A stretch of 64,000 nucleotides of DNA, taken from the NCBI GenBank assembly GCA_964036045.1, contig OZ038378.1, positions 183,954,001 through 184,018,000 of the forward strand, in the 5' to 3' direction. The position numbers and the translations under genes were made by a program. Shown here piece by piece: positions 36,201 through 47,100 of this stretch; the first letter of the stretch is position 1; the number at the start of each line of letters is the position of its first letter. The notes beneath the pieces were generated by a model, which saw nothing but the letters and a program-made list of their open reading frames with translations, made no database searches and was not told the origin of the DNA. Origin of the DNA: Eutreptiella sp. 'Long Island Sound 2002'. Its lineage: Eukaryota; Protista; Euglenida.

Positions 36201-36404
36201 GGATGGGGGACGGGGGAAATTTGGACGGGACGCCCCGGGGACGTGGAGGTCCCCGGCGGCGAGGGTAGAAACCCTCGTGATATGGGTCAGTTAGGGGCCC
36301 TAACCGGGGGAACCCCGGCTAGAACACCCCGGGCAAGGAGACCGTTCCCACTCCCCGCCGGTTACCCTCGCGGAGATGGGAGAGCTCTATGGGGTGTGAA
36401 GGAT

Positions 36405-36918
36405 CCAACCACTCCCACACAGCGGCGGATACACCCGAGTCCCTCCGGTCCTGCCTGGGCCGCTTGGGGGATAGGGACACCCCATGGGAGAAGGAGGTAT
36501 GCACAAGGTCCAGCCACTCCCACACAGCGGCGGATACACCCGAGTCCCCCTGATCTTGCCTAGGCCGCTTGGGGGATAGCGACGCCCCGTGGGAGAACGA
36601 GGTATGCATAGGGCCCAGCCACTCCCACGCAGCGGCGGATACACCCGAGTCCCTCCGGTCCTGCCTGGGCCGCTTGGGGGATAGCGACGCCCCGTGGGAG
36701 AACGAGGATACACAAGGTCCAGCCACTCCCACACAGCGGCGGATACACCCGAGCCCCTCCGGTCCTGCCTGGGCCGCTTGGGGGATAGGGACGCCCTGTG
36801 GGAGAACGAGGTATGCATAGGGCCCAGCCACTCCCACACAGTGGCGGATACACCCGAGTCCCTCCGGTCCTGCCTGGGCCGCTTGGGGGATAGGGACGCC
36901 CCGTGGGAGAACGAGGTC
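36405..36918. repeat. 105-bp minisatellite, 5 copies
   Basis: CA(G/A)CCACTCCCAC starts at 36406, 36511, 36616, 36720 and 36825. Confidence 0.95.
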
Positions 36919-38445
36919 AGGGGCCCAGCCCCACGGCGATTTCAGGGGCCCAACCCCACGGCGATTTCGGGGGCCTAGCCCCACGGCGATTTCAGGGGCC
37001 CAGCCCCACAGCGATTTCAGGGGCCCAGCCCCACGGTGATTTCAGGGGCCCGGCCCCACGGCGACTTCTGGGGCCCCGCCCCATGGCGATCTCGGGGGCC
37101 CAACCCCGCGGCGATTTCAGGGGCCCAGCCCCACGGCGATTTCAGGGGCCCATCCCCACGGCGATTTCAGGGGCCCATCGCCACGGTGATTCCAGGGGCC
37201 CCGCCCCAAGGCGATCTCGGGGGGCCAGCCCCGCAGCAATTTTCAGGGGCTCAGCCCCACAACGATTTTAGAGGCCCAGCACCACGGCGATTTCCGGGGC
37301 CTAGCCCCACGGCAATTTCTGGGGCCCCGCCCCATGGCCATTTCCGGGGCCCAGGCCCACGGCGATTTTGGGAACCCAGCCCCACGGCGATTTCAGGGGC
37401 CCAACCCCACGGCGATTTCGGGGGCCCAACCCCACGGCGATGTCAGGGGCCCATCCCCACGGCGAAATTCAGGGGCCCAGCCCCACGACAATTTCGGGGG
37501 CCCAGCCCCACGGCGAATTCCAGGGCCCAGCCCCACGGCAATTTGAGGGGCCCCGCCCCACGGCGATCTCAGGGGCCCAGCCCCACGGCTATTTCGCGGG
37601 CCCAGCCCCACGGCAATTTCGGGGGCCCAGCCCCACGGTGAATTCCAGGGCCCAGCCCCACGGCAATTTGAGGGGCCCCACCCCACGGCGATCCTAGGGG
37701 CCCAGCCCCACGGCTATTTCGCGGGCCCAGCCCCACGGCGATTTCAGGGGCCCAACCCCACGGCGATTTCAGGGGCCCAGCCCCACGGCGACTTCAGGGT
37801 CCGAGGGGCCCAAGTTCCGCGGCGACTTCAGGGGCCCAGCCCGCAGTGGTTTCGGGGGCCAGCCCCACGGCGAATTTAGGGGCCCAGCCCCACGGCAATT
37901 TCGGAGGCCCAGCCCCATGGCGACTTCAGGGGCCCAGCCCCACGGCGACTTCAGAGGCCCAGCCCCACGGCGATTTCAGGGGCCCAGCCCCGCGGCGATT
38001 TTGGGGGCGCAGCCCCACGGCGATTTTAGGGGCCCAGCCCCGCGGCGATGTCAGGGGCCCAGCCCCCGGCGATTTCATGGGCCCAGCCCCACGGCGATTT
38101 TCAGGGGCCCAACCCCGCGGCGATTTCACGGGCCCAACCCCCCGGCAATTTCAGGGGCCCAACCCCACGGCGATTTCAGGGTCCCAGCCCCACGGCGATT
38201 TCAGGGGCCCAGCCCCACAGCGATTTCAGGGGCCCAGCCCCACAGCGATTTCAGGGGCCCAGCCCCACGGCGACTTCTGGGGCCCGGCCCCACGGCGACT
38301 TGAGGGGCCCAGCCCCGCAGCGACTTTCGGGGCTCAGCCCCACGGCGACTTCAGGGGCCCAACCCCACGGCGATTTCAGGGGCCCATCCCCATGGCGATT
38401 TTAGGGGCCTAGCCCCGCAGCGATTTTAGGGGCCTAGCCCCGCAG
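36919..38445. repeat. 25-bp GC-rich minisatellite, about 60 copies
   Basis: Consensus AGGGGCCCAGCCCCACGGCGATTTC with substitutions. Confidence 0.97.
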
Positions 38446-38449
38446 CGGT

Positions 38450-40663
38450 GGCAGCGGTGGCAGGCCGCACCAAAAGGACTGGATCCCGGGCGCAGTACCC
38501 GCATACCTTGTGGAGGCGGTCATCGGGGTCGGGTGGCCAAGACCACCCGGGTGGAGACCGTGTACCACAGGGGATGTGCGGTCAAGGTAACGACTACCAT
38601 GAAGGACACCATGGAGGCCGAAAACTGGGCGCCGGAGCTCCGGGTATGCTTCCAGCCCTCGGCTACCCTGCCGAGCGATACCAGGCTGCATCGCCTCCTG
38701 GTGGCCCTTCTAGGTGTCCAAGTGCAGGTCAACGCGCCCCTTCACGCCCAACTATGGGATGACCACCAGCATGTGTCCCTGGGCCAGCTGCAGAGTGCGG
38801 GGGTGTGGGCACCCACCATCGTCTGGTTGTCCACACAGCTGGCGGACGTGTACTGGCAGTGGGCCCGGGCATCGCTAGCCCCCCTGGTGACAGTGACCGC
38901 AGTGCTACCGCTGTGGCCGTGGATAGCCGTCGCCCCGCCTGTGGTGGCGAAATTCAAATACCCTGCGGAGTGTGTGGCACACAGGTGCCCGGGGCACCCG
39001 CATAAGGGGTCCCTATACTACTCGCTCAGCACGGTGGGTACGGTTCCGGCGGAGCTTCACCCGGCCCTGAAAACCCACCTCCGTGAGCACCATGGGGACC
39101 TGGCCCTCCTAGCGCCGCACGGCCTGGCCACCGACCCCCCGCAGGTGCTAGCCCCCAACGTCAAGCCGGGCATCTGGTTCCATGACCTGCCGGCACTGGC
39201 AACCCTCCGCGGAACCATAGCCGCGGTGGATGCGAGAACCACGCCGGCAGGCATGGCAATGGCGGGGGTCGCCCAGATTGGACACAAGGCCTACCAAAGC
39301 CCTCAGATGGTGCTGCTCTCGTGGCAGGTGGCGCCGTCAATTGACCGGGGGGAGGTCGGCGCTGACAAAGCGCAAAGGGCGAGGGGGGGGGGGGGGGTGT
39401 TGGTGTGCACGGGGGGCGCACCTGGGGTTGGTTGGCACCTCGTGTAATGAGGCGTGCAATTCTATCGGACCAATCTCGTAGAGCCTGTGGGGGAGAAAGC
39501 AGAAACGTGATCCTCCTATCGTACATCCGGAGGTTGGCACAGCAGCCAGGAGTGTACTGGCTGGTGCCGGACTCCGAGGCGGCGGTGGGGGCCCTCTGGA
39601 CGTACCAGGAAGGGGGCCATTGTGGGGATAAACCACCTCTATGCCACGGTCCTGGGGGGCCGCCGCCTCTCCCCGGCCTCGGCCATAAACGTGGTCACTA
39701 CGCCGTCGCACCGGATAACGGACCTAAACGTCCGCGTAGATGCGGAGACGCAGGAGCCACCAGAGGTCGACCTGACATGGCTCCTTTGCCGCCCCTTCTC
39801 CTTTCTCCCCCCGGTGACCTACCGGGACCAATGCCAGCTCTCCCCAACGGCACTGAGCGACTGGTTGCAGGATCAGGCCTCAATTCCGGTGCAGGTCGGC
39901 TATGAGGCCCGATGGGGAGTGAACTACACGTCGGGTAGTGGCCTCCCCCTCGACTGGTTGGACAGTGACCAGCAGCGCCACATTACGGCGCACTGCATGG
40001 ACAACGTCCCCACGATGACTGTCCTGGCGCACCGGTCCTCCCACCGGAACACGGTGCTACCACGTGCCTCCTCTGTGGAGCGCAGCCCGAAACGGCGCCC
40101 CACCTGTGGGCCTCCTCGGCCCAGTCCCATGAGTGGGGGCCGGCTCGCCAGCGGCTTGCAGAGTGGCTTGATCAAAAGGTGGGGAAACGGGCCCCACCTT
40201 GGTCGGTGCCCCACCAACTGTGGGAGCCGGTTGTAATGGAGCAGTGGGTGGCAGCCTTGCGAACTCCCTCCATGCAGCGAGCCCACATGGAGTGCTTTGG
40301 GCCCCACAAGCTAGGGACACAGTTCATATGCAACGTCGTTGAGGAGTCCATCACAGTCTAGTACAGCCACGCCAAGGCGCCTGCCACGTTACTAAAGGCC
40401 CGTTTGGGCCCGAGCAGCACGATGGCGTGGGTGTTGCAGGAGCTACGCCTGCACCAGCAGGCGGAGAGAGAGGGAGTAAAGCGGGAACTTCTAGGATGGC
40501 AGCAGTCGCCTGGAGCGTGACACCCAGGTTTCCCCACACCCCTCATTCCGCCGATAACCCCACACTTACACACGGCGTGCGCACTAGACACTGTACCCGT
40601 GGGTAGATATCCCGGCCATTGCCTTCTGGTTACAGCGCCTTCGGCACATCACACCACACCACA
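38450..40663 (+). mobile_element. 5'-truncated LINE copy A (RNase H plus CCHC region), frameshifted
   Basis: ORFs 38533-39447 and 39622-40236 align by eye with copy B (ETxYHRG, LPSDTRLHRLLVALL, PEVDLTWLL, MDNVPTMTVLAHRSSHR). The 3' UTR ends ACAGCGCCTTCGGCAC plus a short CACCA-type tail. Confidence 0.85.
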
Positions 40664-40854
40664 AAATGGGCCACGAGCCTGCCTGCACATCCCCCCAGTT
40701 AGGCCCTCTCTTGCCTGGGCGTGCCAGAGCCACACACTTTGAGACTCCTCCTCCACCTATCTGATGAACTCCGTCCCGATGTCGTGCGGCCCCGTTAGTC
40801 CCATGTGGGCCATGCGCAAGGACGGCGTGGCAATGGCCGCCGACCACTGTGTGG

Positions 40855-40970
40855 TATGGTGTGGTGTTGTTTTGTGTTGTGTTGTGTTGTGTTATGTTGT
40901 GTTGTGTTGTGTTGTGTTGTGTTGTGTTGTGTTGTGGTGTGTTGTGTTGTGTTGTGTTGTGTTGTGTTGT
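40855..40970. repeat. (TGTTG)n microsatellite, the (CAACA)n tail of LINE copy B
   Basis: Directly abuts the 3' terminal motif of copy B (GTGCCGAAGGCGCTGT on the plus strand). Confidence 0.95.
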
Positions 40971-43585
40971 GCCGAAGGCGCTGTTACCAAAGGGCAAAAG
41001 GCCGGGATGTCTACCCACGGGTACAGGTAAACGGGCTGGGCTGTGTGTGTTGTGTGCGCGCTGTGCGTAAGTGTGTAGGCCTCGGCAGGGGGAGGGGGAG
41101 TTGGGGAGACCTGGTGAGCTCGCCTCTGGCGACCGCGCTTATTCCAGGAGCTCTCGCTGCACCCCTTCCCTTTCTGCTTGCTGGTGCAGGCGTAGCTCCT
41201 GCAACGCCCACGCCATTGTGCTGCCCGGGCCCAGGCGGGCCTTCGGCAGTGTGGCACGCGCCTTGGCGTGGGCGTACCAGATCCGTATGGACTCCTCCAC
41301 GACGTGACGGAGGAACTCCGTGCCCAGCGAGTGGGGCCCTGTACACTCCAGGTGGGCCAGCTGCATGGAGGGGGTCCGCAGGGCTGCCGCCCACTGCTCC
41401 AGCACAGTCGGTTCCCACAGCTGGTGTCGCACTGGGGCCGCCCGTGGCCCCACCTTCTGGTCGAGCCACGCTGCGAGGCGTCGGCGGGCAGGCCCCCACT
41501 CGTGCGATTGAGCCGAGCAGGCCCACAGGTGGGGCGCCGTCTCGGGCTGCGTCCCGCACAGGAGGCACGTTGTATCCAGCACCGTGCCCCGGTGGGAGGA
41601 ACGGTGGGCTAGGACGGTCATGGTCGGGACGTTGTCCATGCGATGCGCCGTGATGTGGCGCTGCTGGTCGTGGTCGAACCAGTCCAGGGGGAGGCCCCCC
41701 CCTGGCATGAAATTTACCCCCCAGCGGGCCTCGTAGATGGCTTGCGCCGGTATGGAGGCCCGGTCCTGCAACCAGTCACTCAGCGCCGTCGGGGAGAGCT
41801 GGCACTGGTCGCGGAAGGGCACTGGGAGGATAAATGAGTAGGGGCGCCTGAGGAGCCACGTAAGGTCCACCTCCGGCGGCTCCCGCGTCGCTGCGTCCAC
41901 ACGGACGTTGAGGTCCGTGATCCAGTGCGATGGTGTGGTCACCACATTGATGGCAGACCTCGGGGAGAGGCGCTGCCCCCCCAGGACAGTGGCGTAGAGG
42001 TGGTGGATGCCATCTCCGCAGTGCCCTCCTTCCTGGTACGTGCGGAGGGCCCCCACTGCTGCCTCCGAGTCCGGCACCAGCCAGTAAACCCCCTGCTGTG
42101 TCGCCAGCCGGCGGGCATACGAGAGGAGGGCCATCGCCTCCCCCTCCTGGGAGGTGCCCACTCCTGAGGCCACCTGGGCCTGGTACTCCCCAGGCCCGCT
42201 CTGGACGACCCCGGCCATGGCCATACCCGCCTGCGCGGCCCCTGCATCCACCGCCACGACACTGCCTCGGAGGGTCGCCAGCGCAGGCAGGTCATGGAAC
42301 CAGACGCCCGGGCGAGTCTCTGGGGCCAACACTCGCGGGGGGTCGGTCGCCCGGCCGTGGGGCGCCAGGAGGGCCATGTCCCCATGGTGCTCCCTGAGGT
42401 GGGTGCGCAGGGCCTGGTGTAGCTCCGCTGGCACTGTCCCCACCGTATCGAGGGAGTAATAGAGGGGCCCCTTGTGCGGGTGCCCCGGGCATTTGTGCGC
42501 CATGCACTCCGCTGGATATTGGAAGCGCGCCACCGCCGCCGGGGCTATGGCGATCCACGGAAACGGCGGCAGCGTCGAGGTGACCGTCACGAGAGGGGCC
42601 TGCGATGTGCTGGCCCAGTTCCAGTAGGCGGCAGTCGGGGGGGCTGTCGTCCACACGACGGTGGGCGCCCTGACCCCAGTGCGCTGGAGCTGGGCCAGGG
42701 ACTCCTGCCGGTGGTCGCCCCACAGCTGGGCGTGCAGTGGCGCATCCACCTGCACTTGGATATCCAGGAGGGCCACCAGGAGGCGGTGGAGCCTGGTGTC
42801 GCTGGGCAGGGTGCCCGGGGGCTGCTGGCACACCCGGGGATCAGGCGCCCAGCCCGCGGTCTCCATGGTGTCCTGCAGGGCCGCGGTCATCCGGAGGGGC
42901 TGCCCCCTATGGTATATCGTCTCCATTCGGGTGGTTTTGGCCGCCCGGCCCCCCACTATGACTTCCGCCTGATAGGTGGGCACGGCCCCCGGGACCCAGT
43001 CCTTTGGTGCCGCTTGCCATCGCGGCGTGGGCTCCCTCAGGAGCGGGACCAGTACCGCAGCGTGGCGGGCCAGCCACGCTCGTAGCCCCGGGATCCCCTT
43101 GCGGGCTGGCGCTCGTCTCTTCAGGGCCCGCTCCGGTAGCACCTGGTGATTCTCTGTGTAGAGGTCGCCGAGGTGATGGTAGCCCAGGGCCTGCACCGTT
43201 TCGTACACCGTCGGGGGGACGACCACCTGCGCGACGGCGCCATACTGAGTCGTGTATATATATATATATATACTGAGTCGTGTATATATACACCTCCACC
43301 CGGGGGGCAGGGGCCGCCGCTGCCGCCGATCGCGGCCCACCGGGACCGCGGACCAGGATGGGGGTGGTCCCTGAGCACTGGCCTGGCATCCACATGGGCA
43401 TGGCCACCTCATCCACGACCCGCTGCAGCGTGGCTATGAGGTGGGGGCACTTGGGGTGATGCGTGTACTGCCCCGGGGTAAGCACCGCCGGGCAGCCCCC
43501 CCTGAGCGCCTGGTGCGTTTGCAGGGAGTAGGCCTGGGAGTCCCGGAACTCCTGCTTGGCCCAGGCCCCCTGCCGAACCCACTCT
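40970..43585 (-). mobile_element. 5'-truncated LINE copy B (RNase H plus CCHC zinc knuckle)
   Basis: ORF to TAA at 41139 with RNase H-like VDAG, QEGEAMA, VPDSEAA, PSH and RVD motifs, followed by CLLCGTQPETAPHLWAC. 3' UTR homologous to copy A. RT absent. One frameshifting insertion at 43241-43290. Confidence 0.9.
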
Positions 43586-43990
43586 CCAGGTTTCCCCACA
43601 CCCCTCATTCCGCCGATAACCACACACTTACACACGGCGTGCGCACTAGACACTGTACCCGTGGGTAGATATCCCGGCCATTGCCTTCTGGTTACAGCGC
43701 CTTCGGCACATCACACCACACCACAAAATGGGCCACGAGCCTGCCTGCACATCCCCCCAGTTAGGCCCTCTCTTGCCTGGGCGTGCCAGAGCCACACACT
43801 TTGAGACTCCTCCTCCACCTATCTGATGAACTCCGTCCCGATGTCGTGCGGCCCCGTTAGTCCCATGTGGGCCATGCGCAAGGACGGCGTGGCAATGGCC
43901 GCCGACCACTGTGTGGTATGGTGTGGTGTTGTTTTGTGTTGTGTTGTGTTGTGTTATGTTGTGTTGTGTTGTGTTGTGTTGTGTTGTGTT
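43586..43990 (+). repeat. ~400-bp near-perfect direct repeat of 40524-~40930
   Basis: Constant offset 3062. One mismatch seen (GATAACCC versus GATAACCA). Shares the same TTATG variant inside the microsatellite (40894 and 43956). Confidence 0.95.
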
Positions 43991-44120
43991 GTGTTGTGTT
44001 GTGTTGTGTTGTGTTGTGTTGTGTTGTGTTGTGTTGTGTTGTGTTGTGTTGTGTTGTGTTGTGTTGTGTTGTGTTGTGTTGTGTTGTGTTGTGTTGTGTT
44101 GTGTTGTGTTGTATTGTGTT
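43917..44120. repeat. (TGTTG)n microsatellite
   Basis: Direct reading. Confidence 0.97.
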
Positions 44121-44141
44121 GAGCCAATAGGCTTGGAGAAA

Positions 44142-47100
44142 CAGGGGTCGCAAAAGCCCAATGCCCTATGGACACACAAATCCCAAGCTTGGCATCTTGC
44201 GGGAGTGTTCGGCGAATTGTGGCCCGTTGTAGTTGATTCCTTGAGCTCCTCTCGTTCCATGTTCCCTTGTGGACTACTAGTCCAAAAGCAGCGGCCATTG
44301 CCACATTCAAGTGCACGCACCATTTGTCCCCCAAGGGGGATGATTGAGCTTTTGTGTTGTGAACCACATGGACCATTTGTCTCATGGCCCGTGTCTCATG
44401 TTTTGTGAGCACCATGCCCTTTAGCTCCATCTTCTTTTTGTAGGTGGCGAGCTCCCCATGCAAGTACTTTACTCCAAGTGGTCCACACCGTGGGGCTTAG
44501 GAGTGTGGATCAACATCCTCCATTGTACCCCTTGAAATGTGAGGTTTTAGGTGTGAGGAGGCGTGGTGATGCTCTTCCTCAAAAGCGTGCCCATAGCCCC
44601 CTTTAGTCGAGAGCATTGGGTGCAAGGCCATGATCTTGTTGTCAGGCAAGTTACTCCTCTCGCATCCCGTGTGTTCCCAACCTTCTCACACGGCGCGGGC
44701 AACAAGAGAAATGTCACCACAAATGGTTTCCTGAGAACGTACTCCTCTCACAGCCCGTGTGTTCCCAACCTTCTCACATGGCGCGGGCAACAAGAGAAAT
44801 GTAACCACAAATGGTTTCTTGAGAACACAGCATGTACTAGCATGATGCACAGCCCATGTATGATGCACACGTGATGACTTCTTGAACCTTGGCTTCAATC
44901 CACTATCTTGTCTAGGCACAACAATTTGGAAGGTGGTATGTTCCCAACACACTTGCATAGTGAAATGCACACTAAGTGGATTGGAAACAAAGGCAATCAC
45001 ATACTCATTGATTGGGTGTAATCGTGCAACAAGCTTCGTGAGCACGTTCCCGGGCCTAAGCTCGGGAACGTGTGAGCGAAGGTAAGTTCTCACACTAGCT
45101 AATCCCTTGCCTTTCCACTTCACCAACATTACATCAAGGCAACTTTCGCTAGGGGCGGCTTGGGAAAGGAGCTTAGGCAATCCTAGCAAGTGGCGAAAAC
45201 ACCCAAGCCCCCAAACTACTCCATCTCTCCACTTTGCTCATGCGGGCCACACAACTCAAAATGAGAAAATAAGAGTTTTGCCCCACAACAACACCACGAC
45301 ACAATACACGCAACACAACACAATCAATGGCAAAATGCAATCCAACACTTCAACGTAGCTTCAAATGTCCATGGTGCAACAAGGGAGGGAACTGGATGAC
45401 ACGTCTTCAACAAGCTGTGATGTTGTGGGCACCTGTGGACTTCCCCCCTTGCAACTGTGTGGGACCAAGAATGAAAACGACGAATGCAAGAGGCTTGGGG
45501 ACCTGTGCATGAGCAATTGCAAATTCTTCATCGGTGATGTCACTCAAGATGGACTTGGTTGGGCAATCTTCTTTTATCTTTGAATTGTATCGAAGCTTCC
45601 GATGACTTGGATCTGTTTTTTGCAATCTTGCCAACTACAAGGAAGCAAAAATCAACACAAAAGTCCTCCCCAATGCATGAGGTTTCTTCACAACACAATG
45701 TGGGTTTGATCCTTGCCTTGTTACCGTTGTTTAGGGCGACAGAGCGCTCACCATGTACTTTGTCGTCAGGTGGATGGGGCGCAAGAATTGCAGGCAAGCG
45801 TCAGCAAAACAAAGCGACCACAACCATAGGTTTCTGAAGGACACCGTGCATAGAGATGCGTGTGAGTGCAGCAGCAAACTGTGCTTCCATATTTCATGGA
45901 TGGTTTTGGTACACTTTTGCAAGAGTGCAAAGTGTTGCGTAACAACAACAGCATAGCCAACATGTGGTGCCATGGCACGTGTCTCCATGCCCCAGCTTGG
46001 GTTGACCGACGATGGCACACGGTTATGGAGATGGTTGAACAGGGAAAGCAATGGAATGCAAGACACAAGGCTCAAGGTGTTGACCGTGGTACTGAACAAG
46101 CACGCACACCTGCCCCACAACATCAAACCAAGCTTCATCCGGTATCTCGGCGCCGGGCCGCCAAGATTGTGTTGATGCTAGCGGCACTTCCATGAGGAGC
46201 TTGGCGCCGCAAGTTACGGCATTTGTCGTCACGTATGTCCGGCCCTTGTCGGCACGTTCCACTGCCTCGCAATGCCCCAAGTTCTTAATAGACATGGCAG
46301 GGCCTTGTCGTGTAACGGTGAAAGGTGGTGGAGGCGCCGCTGCGAATGGCCGTAAGGGCTTTGGGGAACAAAAGGCTTGAGCTCTAAACGACGGGACGAA
46401 CATGTAGACTCTGTAGGGGCTCATGTGTGCGCCCACACTTGCAATCGTCTAAGTAGCTGGGTTACATGAAAGTCATCATAAACACGGGAGGGAGTTGCTC
46501 TTCGTGCCTGCAACCGCATAGCTAGTGCCTTGTTAGGTGACCTCATGCACACTCAATAAGCAAGGGTGGCCATTATTTGCTCCATCAGCGTGTATGTTGG
46601 TATGCTTACAACCCAAGGTGAATCCGGAAACAAGTCACTACACATGTTGCATCTTTTGTTGTCGAGTGGGGAAAACCAGTTTTTTAACCAACAAAAGCTT
46701 ATGAACCGCCTGCCACCGCCCGCAACCAGGATCCGCTGTTCAAGCCAGACAAGATATCCCGCACCTTCATTGATTCCTAGAGGAACTTTGTGAATTCGGG
46801 CTCAAGTAGTCACCTAACCATGCTGGTAGGCCTGCATTAATTCTTTCATTTAGTGGAGGAAAATGGAAATATTTGACGTTTGCCATTATGATGCTCCTTG
46901 GATGGGCAAGGCAGGAGCAATGCTGCAAAATTGTTCGGGCATGAAGGTCCTCATCGGTTTGATTGCATTCTACTTGCACCACTTGCCCGTGGGCCATTGG
47001 TGGTATGATCCCAAGGTGACCCCCAAGAACAAGACATCGGCCCTTGGAGCTTTTGGCTCAAGCGCGACCTCTTGCTCAACTTCACATGTTCGCAGAAGCC

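Larger units (their letters stand above)
35547..38449 (+). mobile_element. Non-coding composite VNTR element flanked by a 19-bp direct repeat
   Basis: GGCAG(T/C)GGTGGCAGGCCGC at 35528-46 and 38450-68. Interior: AAGGGGAGGCCCCC modules, a 105-bp array and a 25-bp array. Confidence 0.55.

Noticed and set aside
36919-38445. CRISPR-like array or Pro/Gly-rich protein in the 25-bp repeats
   Set aside because: The units are contiguous with no unique spacers and there are no cas genes. The 25-bp period shifts frame, so the ORFs are artefacts.
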